Assembly: GCA_944341315.1 (NCBI GenBank)
Contig: CALVLW010000056.1
Location: 1-60,991 of the forward strand
Origin: an uncultured Clostridia bacterium
GTDB taxonomy: Bacteria > Bacillota > Clostridia > Christensenellales > Borkfalkiaceae
Reading direction: 5' to 3'
Length of the DNA: 60,991 bases
The position numbers and the translations under genes were made by a program. Shown here piece after piece: positions 36,187 through 45,872 of the stretch (position 1 is its first letter; each line of letters starts with the position of its first letter). The notes beneath the pieces were generated by a model, which saw only the letters and a list, made by a program, of their open reading frames with translations, was not told where the DNA came from and did not search any database.

Positions 36187-37259
36187 ACGTGCTGCATATC
36201 GTGGGCAACGCGCGCCTGGGCGGGGTTTCCGCCTGTCTGCTGAATTATTTCAGGCGGACCGACACGGAAAAATTCCGCTTCGACTTCGTGACCTACGCCC
36301 CCTCCGCCTTTGACGACGAGGTGCGCAAAGTAGATCCGAGCGCGCAGGTATATTACGTTTCGCCCTTTCAGAAGAACTTTCTTAAAGGATTGTTCGACAT
36401 GGAAAAGGTCTGCGGGCTGAACGATTACAAGGTGGTGCACTCGCACCTTACCACCCTTTCGGCGTTCTGCCTTACGGCGGCGGCGCAGGCGAGGGTGCCC
36501 GTGCGCATATGCCACGCGCACAGCACGTTCAACAAGCAGTCCGACCATTACCTCGTAAAAAAGCTGCTGCGCCCCTTTGCCGCAGACAACGCCACGCATA
36601 TGATGGCGTGCAGCAGGCACGCGGCGGAAAACATATTCGGCAAGCACGCCGACAAGGCGTTCATACTGCCCGACGCGATAGAGCTGGACAGGTTCTGTTC
36701 GGACAAAAAGGCGTATAACGCCGCCCGGAAGGAATTCGGGCTGAGCGGCAAAGTGGTGCTGTTCGTGGGCAGGTTCGTGTTCCAGAAGAACATCCCTCTT
36801 TTGCTGCGCGCGTTTGCAAAGGCTGCCGCGCGCGAAGAAATGACGCTGGTGCTGATAGGCGACGGCGAGGAGAGGCACAACGCCATCTCGCTTGCGGCGG
36901 AGCTGGGCATAACCGAAAAGGTGAAGATAGTCGCGCCCACGGATCCCGCGGCGTGGTATAAGGCCGCCGATCTGTTCTGCCTGCCCTCGCACTACGAAGG
37001 GCTGGGCATGGCCGCCATAGAGGCGCAGGCTGCGGGACTGAAATGCCTGCTTTCGCAAAACGTGCCCAAAGAGGCGGACGTTACGGGCAGGTGCGTGTTT
37101 TTGCCGGACGACGAAGAAACGTGGGCGGACGCGATGAACAAGCCCTCCCCCCACCGTTACAACTGCCGCGGCGAGCTTGCGGACGCACACTACGACATAG
37201 AAAAAGAGGCCCACAGGCTGACGGACTTTTACGTTGACGCCCTGGGCGGAGCCGGATAA
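36168..37259 (+). CDS. GT4-family (GT-B) glycosyltransferase
   Basis: INVLHIVGNARLGGV N-terminus and the C-terminal motif PSHYEGLGMAAIEAQAAG (EX7E). The start is at ATG 36168 and overlaps the upstream gene. Confidence 0.85.
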   Translation: MQDGRINVLHIVGNARLGGVSACLLNYFRRTDTEKFRFDFVTYAPSAFDDEVRKVDPSAQVYYVSPFQKNFLKGLFDMEKVCGLNDYKVVHSHLTTLSAFCLTAAAQARVPVRICHAHSTFNKQSDHYLVKKLLRPFAADNATHMMACSRHAAENIFGKHADKAFILPDAIELDRFCSDKKAYNAARKEFGLSGKVVLFVGRFVFQKNIPLLLRAFAKAAAREEMTLVLIGDGEERHNAISLAAELGITEKVKIVAPTDPAAWYKAADLFCLPSHYEGLGMAAIEAQAAGLKCLLSQNVPKEADVTGRCVFLPDDEETWADAMNKPSPHRYNCRGELADAHYDIEKEAHRLTDFYVDALGGAG

Positions 37260-37299
37260 ATTTGCGGGCGCGCGGGGTTTTACGCGCAGAGGACGACAA

Positions 37300-38130
37300 A
37301 TGACCAAAAAAAGGAACAATCTGGGACAACGGATGTATCTGTTGCAGCTGCTCGTGCGGCGCAACATAAAAAATCAGTACTACCGCTCGTTCATAGGCGT
37401 GCTGTGGACGGTGCTGAACCCGCTGCTGAACATGATAGTGATGGCGTTCGTCTTTTCGGCGATATTCGGCAGGCACACCGACGGGCTCGATTACCCCATT
37501 TACATCCTTTCGGGCAACATAATATTCGGCATAATGCGCGGCTCCACCTCCTCTTCGCTGGGGTGCCTGGTGGGACAGCGCGACATGCTGCAAAAGACCA
37601 AAGTGCCCATAGAGATATTCCCCGCCGCCAACGTGTTTTCCGCGCTGGTCACGTTCGGATTTTCGTTCATAGCGCTGCTGCTCGTGGCGGGCTTCCGCGC
37701 CCTGCCCATATTCGGCGGGCCTTATTTCGTGTTCCCCTGGCAGATAGTGCTCGTGCTGCTGATACTGCCCGCGGTGACGATCTTTTCGCTGGGCATATCC
37801 TATTTTTTAAGCGCGCTGTTCGTTTTCTTCCGCGACATAAAACACATTTACAGCGTGGTGCTCACGCTGTGGACGTATCTCACGCCGCTGTTCTACTCCG
37901 TGGAAGCGCTGGGCAGCGCGACCGTTACCAAGGCGATGATGTTCAATCCGATGTTCCACTACGTGGAAGGGTTCAGGGAACTTTTGAGGGGCGACATACC
38001 TAACCTGATGTTCTCGTTCTCGTCCACCGAACCCTCCATCCTTTTGATGTATATTTTCGCCGCGGCGTCGCTGATAATAGGCTGGGCCTTCCTCGAAGCG
38101 TGCAAAAACAAGATAGCGGCATATCTGTGA
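37300..38130 (+). CDS. ABC-2 type polysaccharide/teichoic-acid export permease (Wzm/TagG-like)
   Basis: The N-terminal signature LLVRRNIKNQYYRSFIGVLWTVLNPLL and six TM helices. The start is at ATG 37300. Confidence 0.85.
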   Translation: MTKKRNNLGQRMYLLQLLVRRNIKNQYYRSFIGVLWTVLNPLLNMIVMAFVFSAIFGRHTDGLDYPIYILSGNIIFGIMRGSTSSSLGCLVGQRDMLQKTKVPIEIFPAANVFSALVTFGFSFIALLLVAGFRALPIFGGPYFVFPWQIVLVLLILPAVTIFSLGISYFLSALFVFFRDIKHIYSVVLTLWTYLTPLFYSVEALGSATVTKAMMFNPMFHYVEGFRELLRGDIPNLMFSFSSTEPSILLMYIFAAASLIIGWAFLEACKNKIAAYL

Positions 38131-38138
38131 GGCAGAAA

Positions 38139-38948
38139 ATGGAAAACGGCAGAAGGGACGTCGTTCTGGAAGTGCGCGACGTTACGATGAAGTTCAACAA
38201 ATACGAAGTGGGCGTTAACTCGCTTAAAGAACTCGTCGTGCGGGCGTTCAAAAAGAACCTTAAAAAGAAAAAATTCGAATGTCTTAAAGGCGTGAGTTTC
38301 GACGTGCACCGCGGCGAAGCGGTGGCGCTGATAGGCAAGAACGGGGCCGGCAAATCCACGCTGCTCAAAATAGTTTCGGGCATATTGAAGCCGACGACGG
38401 GCTATGCGAGGCGCTACGGCAGGATAACGCCGCTGCTCAAGCTGGGCGCGGGGTTCGACGGCAATGCCACGGGGCTGGAAAACATATACCTGAACGCCGC
38501 CATACTCGGCTACACCAAAAAGGAAACAGACGAAAAACTCAACGACATAATAGAGTTTTCGGAGCTGGGCGACTTTATTTATTCGCCCATAAAGACCTAC
38601 TCTTCGGGCATGCTTGCAAGGCTGGGCTTTTCCATCGCGGTAAGCATGGAATCGGAGATACTGCTGATAGACGAGATACTCGCCGTGGGCGACATAGCCT
38701 TTAACAAAAAGTGCCACGCCAAACTTGCCGAATTGCAGCAGAAGGGGCTTACATTCCTGATAGTTTCGCACGGCGAGGCGGTAAAACGCTATTGCAAGCG
38801 CGCCATTTGGATAGACGGCGGCCTCGTGCGGGAAGACGGCGACATAACCACGGTGTTCAAGCATTACACCGACGCGATGATGGCAAAAAAGCCTCAGCCC
38901 GCCCCCGCGCCGAAAGCGGGAGTCGAACAGCTGATAGCAAAAAAGTGA
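38139..38948 (+). CDS. ABC transporter ATP-binding protein (Wzt/TagH-like)
   Basis: Walker A GKNGAGKST, signature YSSGMLARL and Walker B LLIDE. It has no long C-terminal carbohydrate-binding domain. Confidence 0.9.
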   Translation: MENGRRDVVLEVRDVTMKFNKYEVGVNSLKELVVRAFKKNLKKKKFECLKGVSFDVHRGEAVALIGKNGAGKSTLLKIVSGILKPTTGYARRYGRITPLLKLGAGFDGNATGLENIYLNAAILGYTKKETDEKLNDIIEFSELGDFIYSPIKTYSSGMLARLGFSIAVSMESEILLIDEILAVGDIAFNKKCHAKLAELQQKGLTFLIVSHGEAVKRYCKRAIWIDGGLVREDGDITTVFKHYTDAMMAKKPQPAPAPKAGVEQLIAKK

Positions 38949-38956
38949 AAAAACAA

Positions 38957-38985
38957 GCCTTCCGCTTTCCGCGGAAGGCCTTTTT
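38957..38985. terminator. Bidirectional terminator between convergent genes
   Basis: GCCTTCCGC-TTTCC-GCGGAAGGC followed by TTTTTATTT. Confidence 0.75.
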
Positions 38986-38987
38986 AT

Positions 38988-40487
38988 TTAAGCGGAATTG
39001 CCGCCTTCCGCCGCGGCGGCGCCGTCGGCGGGAGCGGGGCGCTCCTCCTTTTTGCTCTTTACGGGTATGGGCCGCAACAACAGCAGAGGCCCGCTTTCGC
39101 CCTCCCTTTCGGAAAGCAGCAGGAACACCGAATACGCCGCGGCGGGGAATACGTGGAACAGATGGTTGTCCAGCATGGACATGCCAAGCATGCCGAGCAA
39201 TACGGCGATGTAAAACAGGCTCTCGCCGCAGGGGCGCTTTTTTACCGCAAACACCACCTGCGCGAGGTGCACGCACAGCGCCACGGCGCCCACGACGCCG
39301 CAGCTTGCCAGCATCTGAACGAATATGTTGTGATACATGTCCGGGAAAATCCAATTTTCTATTTCGTAAGACCAATCGGGCATGATCGGTTCGTAAAAGC
39401 CGACGCCGAACACGGGCGCGCGCAGGAAATTGCGCAGGCCGCTCTCCCATATATCGAACCTGCCCGAATCGGAAAAACCACGCTCGAAGAACACCGCGAA
39501 CACCTCGCGCACCTTGTCCCACAGCACGGCGAGCGCGACTATGCCGGCGACGGCGGCAACGGCGTTGAATATGCGCACGAACTTGCGCACCGGCGACTTT
39601 GCCGCCATAAGCAGTATCGCCGCGGCGACGAAGATAACGCCGCTCACGAGCACGGACGTGCGGCTGAGTGTGAGGCATACGCCGAAAAAGAACACAAACG
39701 CCAGCAAGTAATATACCCAGCCGAAGCGGCGCGCGCGGTAAGCGAGATAAAAGCACGCGGGGAAGAACATGCCCAGCATGCCGCCTATGTTGTTGCTCAT
39801 GCCCCAGCCGGCGATGAGCACGTCCTTATCGATGGAGCCGTCCTTTATTACTCCGTCGAAGATAAATATCTTGCACAGCTGCAAGAATATCACCGCCGAG
39901 GTAAGAACGAGGATATACGCCGCGTAGGGCGCGGTGTCCTCGTCCGTGCGCATCGTGTTGAAAAAGAAGATATAAAAGATAAAGAACGAGAGCGCCATCA
40001 AGAGCCCGAACGGCAGGTCTTTTATCACGTACCCGTCGGAAAAAACGCCGTTGAGCAGAAAAGCCGCCGTCATGAGGACGATGCCGAGGCGCAGCTTGCT
40101 CTCCTTGAAAAAATTCCTGTCCTGCGGGAATACGATAAAGCGGAACAGCATTGCCGCAACGACCAGCACGCCGAACACGACAAGGCAGACGCGCACCCAG
40201 GTAAGGTTGAAAAAGTCCGAAGAGAACGGCGGCTGCGGAGTATGTTTCCAGCTTGCGGCGTACACCGTCATGAACACCACGCACAGCATCGGCCGCGTAT
40301 CGCGCGAGAATACGCACAGGAAAACGACGATGAGCGCCGCAGCGGCCATGAACGCTATCTCCAGCCCGAAAAACGAGGAAAGCAGCACGAGCACGGCATA
40401 CGCCGCGGGGAAGAACGGGCCTTCGCAAAAGCGCAGGATGAGTTTTAACGCGGGCAGCTGCGTGAGCGCCCTTATACGCTGTTTCAT
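38988..40487 (-). CDS. O-antigen ligase/polymerase-like (Wzy_C) polytopic membrane protein
   Basis: At least 10 TM helices, with the motif region LTLSRTSVLVSG and a large loop. The start is at MKQRIRAL (40487). The upstream part of the 563-aa ORF was not credited. Confidence 0.7.
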   Translation of the reverse strand: MKQRIRALTQLPALKLILRFCEGPFFPAAYAVLVLLSSFFGLEIAFMAAAALIVVFLCVFSRDTRPMLCVVFMTVYAASWKHTPQPPFSSDFFNLTWVRVCLVVFGVLVVAAMLFRFIVFPQDRNFFKESKLRLGIVLMTAAFLLNGVFSDGYVIKDLPFGLLMALSFFIFYIFFFNTMRTDEDTAPYAAYILVLTSAVIFLQLCKIFIFDGVIKDGSIDKDVLIAGWGMSNNIGGMLGMFFPACFYLAYRARRFGWVYYLLAFVFFFGVCLTLSRTSVLVSGVIFVAAAILLMAAKSPVRKFVRIFNAVAAVAGIVALAVLWDKVREVFAVFFERGFSDSGRFDIWESGLRNFLRAPVFGVGFYEPIMPDWSYEIENWIFPDMYHNIFVQMLASCGVVGAVALCVHLAQVVFAVKKRPCGESLFYIAVLLGMLGMSMLDNHLFHVFPAAAYSVFLLLSEREGESGPLLLLRPIPVKSKKEERPAPADGAAAAEGGNSA

Positions 40488-40860
40488 ACAAATATAATAA
40501 CACGGCGAAAACCGTTTGGCAAACAAATACCGGCGCGGATATCCGGTAAAAATGCCGAAAAGCGGCGCGCCTGCCGCCCGGGCGTAAAAACAAAGACGAC
40601 GCAAACACAGGGTTTGCGCCGCCTTTGTATGATAAGGGGGAAAATGATGAGCTGTTTTATATGTAAACGGTCGTTGCAACCGATTACATTAACTATTATA
40701 CATATATAAAGACAAAAGTAAATTATTTGCCGCAAAAATTTTTAATTTTTTTATAACTAAAAACGCCTAACAGTTTTTGTTAAATAATTACAAATTAACA
40801 TAATATTCGCCACGAACGCCGAATATTCGCGCAACGGCGGAAGTTTTGTGCCATATTAAC

Positions 40861-40885
40861 AAAAAACCGCCCCTGCAAGGGGCGG
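40861..40885 (-). terminator. Intrinsic terminator after the cysteine desulfurase gene
   Basis: CCGCCCCU-UGC-AGGGGCGG followed by UUUUUU on the minus strand. Confidence 0.8.
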
Positions 40886-40898
40886 GAAATTTGAAACT

Positions 40899-42035
40899 TT
40901 ACAACATGCGGGCGCCGAGCCGCCGTGCGGCGGCAATTACCTTTTCCGCGGCGGCCTCCGCATTTGCGGGAGTGTTTTCCCTGCCGAAAGTAAAGCGCAC
41001 GCAGGACGCCGCCTCCTCCTCCGAAAGTCCCATGGCGAGCAGCACGGAAGAGGGTTTGGACGCCCCGGAAGAACACGCGGAGCCCGTGGACGCCGCCACG
41101 CCGAGCATGTCGAGCGCAATCACGAGCTGTTCGCCGCGCACGCCGCCGAACGCAATGTTCGCGTTGGACGGCAGTCTGTTTTGGCTTCCGACGGGACGGG
41201 CGCTCACGCGGGAAAGTACGTGCTTTACAAAGCCGTCGCGGAGGGAGGCAAGGCGTTCGTTTTCCTCCTTCATCCCGTCGCAGGCGAGCTTTAACGCCTC
41301 CGCCATTCCCACCACGCCCGCAACGAAGGTCGTGCCGCCGCGCATGCCGCCCTCCTGCTGACCGCCGGAGACCAGCCTTTGTATGCGCGCGCCTTTTTTC
41401 AGCCACAGCCCGCCCACGCCCTTGGGGCCGTAAAATTTGTGGGCGGAAAAACTCATGCCGTCGGCGACGGGCGAGGTGAGGTCTATCGTGCCCGCCGCCT
41501 GCACGCAGTCGCAGAAATAGAACGCGCCCGCCTCGCGGCAGAGCGAATAAATTTCCGCGGCGGGCTGCAGAACGCCCGTTTCGTTGTTGGCCGCCATTAC
41601 TCCCACGAAGGCAACGTCGTCGCAAAGCGCGCGCTTTATAGCTGCGGCCGGCACGACTCCGTCTTTATCCGGGCGTACGAGCACCGTTTTATAGCCGAAC
41701 ACCGACATGTCCTCCGCCGCACGCAGCAGCGAAGGGTGTTCTATGGCGGAGAGCACTATGGTATGCTTTTTGCCGAAATTTGCGGCGCACACGCCTTTAA
41801 GCGCCCAGCTGTTCGCCTCCGAACCGCAGGAGGTAAAATAAACGCTGCCGCCGCTGCCGCCTATCAGCGAACCGATCACGTCGCGCGCGGAAAGCACGGC
41901 GGAAGCCGCCTGCCTGCCGAGGGCGTAACGCGAATCGGCGTTGCCGAAACTTTCTTTAAGATAGGGCGTCATTGCCGCGAGCACGCGCCCGTCGAGGGGC
42001 GTCGTTGCGGCGTGGTCGAGATATATAGTTTCCAT
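40899..42035 (-). CDS. Cysteine desulfurase (NifS/IscS family, class V aminotransferase)
   Basis: IYLDHAATTP, SGGSEAN-like TSCGSEAN, PLP lysine SFSAHKFYGPKG, and active-site loop STGSACSSG. Confidence 0.9.
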   Translation of the reverse strand: METIYLDHAATTPLDGRVLAAMTPYLKESFGNADSRYALGRQAASAVLSARDVIGSLIGGSGGSVYFTSCGSEANSWALKGVCAANFGKKHTIVLSAIEHPSLLRAAEDMSVFGYKTVLVRPDKDGVVPAAAIKRALCDDVAFVGVMAANNETGVLQPAAEIYSLCREAGAFYFCDCVQAAGTIDLTSPVADGMSFSAHKFYGPKGVGGLWLKKGARIQRLVSGGQQEGGMRGGTTFVAGVVGMAEALKLACDGMKEENERLASLRDGFVKHVLSRVSARPVGSQNRLPSNANIAFGGVRGEQLVIALDMLGVAASTGSACSSGASKPSSVLLAMGLSEEEAASCVRFTFGRENTPANAEAAAEKVIAAARRLGARML

Positions 42036-42077
42036 ATTTTTACAAAGCGGCCGCACATATGCCGCGGCCGACGCACG

Positions 42078-43004
42078 TTATTGCTTTGTCGTGAGGTTGA
42101 AATACAGCCTGTCGAGCAGCTCCGCCCGCTTTAAGCCCGTCGCGTAACTTACTCCGAGCTCGGAAGAAGAATTGCTTTCGTTGCGGCCGAGCGCGCGCCA
42201 CGCGGAGATAAAAAAGTAAGCGAGCACCCCTCCCGCAGCGAACAGCGCTCCGGATAAGCACAGGAACGCGACGGCAAGCGCGCGCGAAACGGAGTCGTCC
42301 GGCTGCGCCGCGGCAAGCAGTCCTATGCCGGCGGCAAGAAACACGGCAAACGGCACGGCGGCAAACAGAAAGCTGCGGCGCGCCCTTTCAAACTTTGCGG
42401 AAAGTATTTTGCGGCGCTCGTCCTTCTGCTGTTCGTTGCGGCTGCCCAGCGAGCCGTTTTGCCTGAACTGTTCGTCGCGCGCGGCGGCGGCAACGGGCGC
42501 AAGTTTTTCCGCAACGGCGGCACGCCGTTCGCTCGAGCAGTAGCGCCTGCACTTTTCCGCGCATTCGCAGCAGCTTTCCGGATCGGAGATATTCGTATAG
42601 CCCGCGGTGAGTATCTCCATCATAAGCGGATAGATGTCTTCCAGCGCGCAGTATTCGCTCTCGGCGGAGCGCAGCGCCGCCATGGCGTAATCGTCGTCGC
42701 CCGCGTCGTGCAGCCTCTGCGCTTTTAACAGCAGCTCACGGGCGTTGTTTATGCGCCCGGCACGCTCGTTGTCCGCTATCACATCGTCGTCGAAGCGGGC
42801 GTTTTCGGCGTCGTCGTAATAATCGTCGTCATCCTCGTACTCGTCGTCGAGCAGCTCGCCGTAATCCTCTTCGTCGCCGTAATCGTCGTAGTCGTCGTAG
42901 TCGTCGTAACCGTCGTCCTCCGCGCCGTCTTCGCCGAGGACTATGCGGTATTTCCTGTCCTTGTCCTTATCCCTGTCGTCGTCTATAAGTCTTTCTTCAG
43001 CCAT
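42078..43004 (-). CDS. Hypothetical protein: acidic D/E/Y-rich N-terminus, Cys-rich middle, two C-terminal TM helices
   Basis: The start MAEERL overlaps the ispE stop by 8 nt. Regions seen are DDGYDDYDDYDDYGDEEDY, CCECAEKCRRYC, and hydrophobic stretches FLFAAVPFAVFLAAGIGLLAAA and AVAFLCLSGALFAAGGVLAYFFI. Confidence 0.6.
   Translation of the reverse strand: MAEERLIDDDRDKDKDRKYRIVLGEDGAEDDGYDDYDDYDDYGDEEDYGELLDDEYEDDDDYYDDAENARFDDDVIADNERAGRINNARELLLKAQRLHDAGDDDYAMAALRSAESEYCALEDIYPLMMEILTAGYTNISDPESCCECAEKCRRYCSSERRAAVAEKLAPVAAAARDEQFRQNGSLGSRNEQQKDERRKILSAKFERARRSFLFAAVPFAVFLAAGIGLLAAAQPDDSVSRALAVAFLCLSGALFAAGGVLAYFFISAWRALGRNESNSSSELGVSYATGLKRAELLDRLYFNLTTKQ
42879..42914 (-). repeat. Imperfect 9-nt tandem repeat (x4) encoding (D-D-Y)n
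   Basis: gtaatcgtc gtagtcgtc gtagtcgtc gtaaccgtc on the plus strand. Confidence 0.8.
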
Positions 43005-43854
43005 ATAACGTCTCCTCGCGCGGTAGGGCGCAGCCCGCCGCAAAAGTTCTGTATCCTCTCCCCGTCTCGCCGAGCGCGCGCCTGCAGGCCTGCATATCTC
43101 CGAATACGGAGAACACCGCGCTGCCCGAACCCGTCATACAGGCGTTGCCGGCAACGGCGGTCAGTTTTGCGTGCAGATCGGCTATCTGCGGGCAGAGCGA
43201 CACCGCCGGGGCGTACAGCGCGTTGTGCAGCGCCGCGCACAGCCCGCCGAGATCTTTTAACGCGTCCTCCGCCCTTGCGGGAGGGACGTCCGCGCAGCCC
43301 GACCGGTCGTAAAGTTCGTAACACTCCGCCGTGGATACTCCGAACGGGGGGACCGCCACGAGAAAGCAGGGCGAAAATGCGCAGGAGAGCGGCTGCACGG
43401 CGTTGCCCCTGCCCGTTATCCTTGCCCAGCCGCCCGTAAGCATATAGCGCGTGTCCGAGCCCGTTTTATCGGCTATGTCCCCCGCCGCGCCTACGGGCAT
43501 GCCGTTAAGGGCGCACAGCGCGCGCAGCACGCCCGCCGCGTCCGCCGAAGAGCCGCCCAGCCCCGCGCCCACCGGTATCTTTTTATCTATCTCGATATCC
43601 GCGCCGGGGATGCCGTATTCGCCGCAGAACAGCTTTGCGGCGATATAGGCGTTGTTCTTTTCCGCGGGCAGGCCTTCGCACCCCTCTCCGCGCATATCCA
43701 CGCTTACCGCGCCGTCGCGGCGCAGCCTTACGCGCACCTCGTCGCAGACGTCCACGGTGCAGACGATGCCGTCCAGCATATGAAAGCCGCCTTCCCTGCC
43801 GGTGACGTGCAGCGTTATATTGAGTTTTGCAGGCGAAAACACAACGCATTCCAT
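42997..43854 (-). CDS. ispE: 4-(cytidine 5'-diphospho)-2-C-methyl-D-erythritol kinase
   Basis: AKLNITLHV and the GHMP kinase motif IPVGAGLGGSSADAA. Confidence 0.92.
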   Translation of the reverse strand: MECVVFSPAKLNITLHVTGREGGFHMLDGIVCTVDVCDEVRVRLRRDGAVSVDMRGEGCEGLPAEKNNAYIAAKLFCGEYGIPGADIEIDKKIPVGAGLGGSSADAAGVLRALCALNGMPVGAAGDIADKTGSDTRYMLTGGWARITGRGNAVQPLSCAFSPCFLVAVPPFGVSTAECYELYDRSGCADVPPARAEDALKDLGGLCAALHNALYAPAVSLCPQIADLHAKLTAVAGNACMTGSGSAVFSVFGDMQACRRALGETGRGYRTFAAGCALPREETLYG

Positions 43855-43949
43855 AAGACGATTATACCACGGCGGGCGGGATAATTACAAGCGTTATCCC
43901 GTGCATAATATAATTGCCGCGGACGCGCCGCGGCAATACTTTGGATAAT

Positions 43950-45428
43950 TTACTGTTTTTTGCGGTAAACGAGTATGCGCTCCGTCCCGACGAGGGGGAA
44001 GGTCATGCCGCCGCACGCCTCGCGCACGCGTTCGGGCGTAAGTTTAAGGCGCTTTGCCGCCGACCACAGCGTTTCGCCCGGTTCCGCCACCAGCACGCTT
44101 ATCGCGCAGGGTTCGCTCTTATCCTCCTCGCCCTCTTCCAGCCGGCAGACGTAAGAACATTCCTTGGGCGTGCACACCGCCGCGGTTATGCGCAGCACCG
44201 CCTCCGCCTCGTACTCGCCTTCGGCACGCTGCCGCACGCTTACTCCGTTTACCGCAACGCCAGTAACGACGGCGTTTTCCGCGCCCGTGAGCGGCACCGA
44301 GAACGGCAGCGTAACGCCCGTGCCGTGCAGTTCGCCGTCCTTTGCATATATCAGCGTGGCGTTTACCGCGCCTTCGAGCACGCAGGTGTCGGCAGACCAC
44401 GTGCACTCCGCCGAGGGCAGCACCGCCGCCTTGAACGAGCACCCGTAATCCGGGCTCCCGGCAACGGAGCACGCCCCGCTTACCCGCTCCGACCATACCT
44501 TTATATCGTCGCACGACAGGGGAGCTTCCGTGCAGATATCCACGTCGGCAGTGCCGTCCGTGCGGAAGGCGTCGGCCGCGCACACGGCCTCGTGCCCGAC
44601 GGCAAACTCGCCGAAGAGTTTCAGCCGGGCGGAAAAGTTTACCGTGCACCTGCCGCGCTCTTCGTCCACGCGCGCATTGAGCGCCGATTCCGCTATCTGG
44701 CAGCAGCACGCCGCCCTGCACGGCGTTACCGCTTCGTCGCACAATATCTCCGCGGAAAAGGGGATGACTCTGTCTAACGTGACGGGCTCGCGGCCGCGCA
44801 CGGCAAGCAGGCTGAGGAATATTTCGCCGCTTACGCTTATTTCGCCCGCGCCGCAGCGGCAGTCGGTGACCACGCAGCGCGCGTCGTGCATAAGAATATC
44901 CTCCGCGCCCGCGGCCTCGAAGTCGTCCTCCGCCTCGCTCTCGCCCGAAAAAGTGACCGCGGAGAGCATTTTTATCGGCTGCACGTCGCACACCGCCCCC
45001 TCGGCAGAGGTAACGAACGTGCGTTCCGCACCGCCGTAAACGCTGATGTGCGCGGCTATCACCGCGCTGACCACGAACGCAGAACCTTCGCGGCGGACGG
45101 TGACGCGCTCGCAGCAAAGCCTGCAGAACGCCGTCTGCGCGGGCGCAAAGTTTTCGCCTTCGGCATAGTGCGTGAATTCCGCGCCCTTCTGCACGCGCCC
45201 CGGCCTGCCGTCCGTGCCGGCGAACACCGCCGTGCATACCAGCCTGCCGCCGTAATTTATCCTGCCGGAAGCCGCCTCGCACACGGCGGGGCAGACCTGC
45301 GGGCACACGGCGAGCAGTTCGCTTACGCCGTCGCCCGGCGAAAAGCGGCATTCCACCACCGACTGCGAGGTGACCTCTGCAAGTTTTTTGAGGTAAGTTT
45401 CCGTCTGATATCCTGCTTTTATGGGCAT
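43950..45428 (-). CDS. DUF3794 (SPOCS)-type repeat protein with a C-terminal LysM domain, sporulation-associated neighbourhood
   Basis: Cys/Val-rich beta repeats. The C-terminus ISVLVAEPGETLWSAAKRLKLTPERV is LysM-like. It lies between veg and ispE, as in many Clostridia. Confidence 0.55.
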   Translation of the reverse strand: MPIKAGYQTETYLKKLAEVTSQSVVECRFSPGDGVSELLAVCPQVCPAVCEAASGRINYGGRLVCTAVFAGTDGRPGRVQKGAEFTHYAEGENFAPAQTAFCRLCCERVTVRREGSAFVVSAVIAAHISVYGGAERTFVTSAEGAVCDVQPIKMLSAVTFSGESEAEDDFEAAGAEDILMHDARCVVTDCRCGAGEISVSGEIFLSLLAVRGREPVTLDRVIPFSAEILCDEAVTPCRAACCCQIAESALNARVDEERGRCTVNFSARLKLFGEFAVGHEAVCAADAFRTDGTADVDICTEAPLSCDDIKVWSERVSGACSVAGSPDYGCSFKAAVLPSAECTWSADTCVLEGAVNATLIYAKDGELHGTGVTLPFSVPLTGAENAVVTGVAVNGVSVRQRAEGEYEAEAVLRITAAVCTPKECSYVCRLEEGEEDKSEPCAISVLVAEPGETLWSAAKRLKLTPERVREACGGMTFPLVGTERILVYRKKQ

Positions 45429-45518
45429 AACGATCTCCGTGACATTGGTTTTATACGGTATAATATGCCGCGCGCACGGGGATTATTACACGACGAAAGC
45501 GGAGTATTTTGTAAGTTT

Positions 45519-45773
45519 TTAAGATTTTCCGGCGGGGCGCGGGCGCAGCTTTACCCTGCCGCACAGTATCTCGGAATAGGAATACGCCGTTTTGCCGAGG
45601 AAACGCTTATCCTCCGGCGCGACGGTAAAGAGCGAGGGATATACGCCGCTGACCGTGGCGGAAAAGGTGACGCGCCTGTTCCTGCCCATGTCGAGCCTGA
45701 CGGTGACGGGTTTGTGGCAGCAATCCTGCACGGCGCGCCTTACGGCGGAGATGTCGTACGTCGGTTTTATCAT
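45519..45773 (-). CDS. veg: Veg family protein
   Basis: 84 aa. The pattern GRNRRVTFSATVSGVYPSLFTV....KTAYSYSEIL matches the Veg signature (GRRK..G.L...YPS.F......SYSY.DIL). Confidence 0.85.
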   Translation of the reverse strand: MIKPTYDISAVRRAVQDCCHKPVTVRLDMGRNRRVTFSATVSGVYPSLFTVAPEDKRFLGKTAYSYSEILCGRVKLRPRPAGKS

Positions 45774-45872
45774 ACTACCGAGTATGGCAATAAAAGGCAG
45801 AAATTATGCGCGGACGAAAAAGCCGCACGCGCTTTCAGCGCGTGCGGCACGGGTTTTTATGCTTTGACGGCG

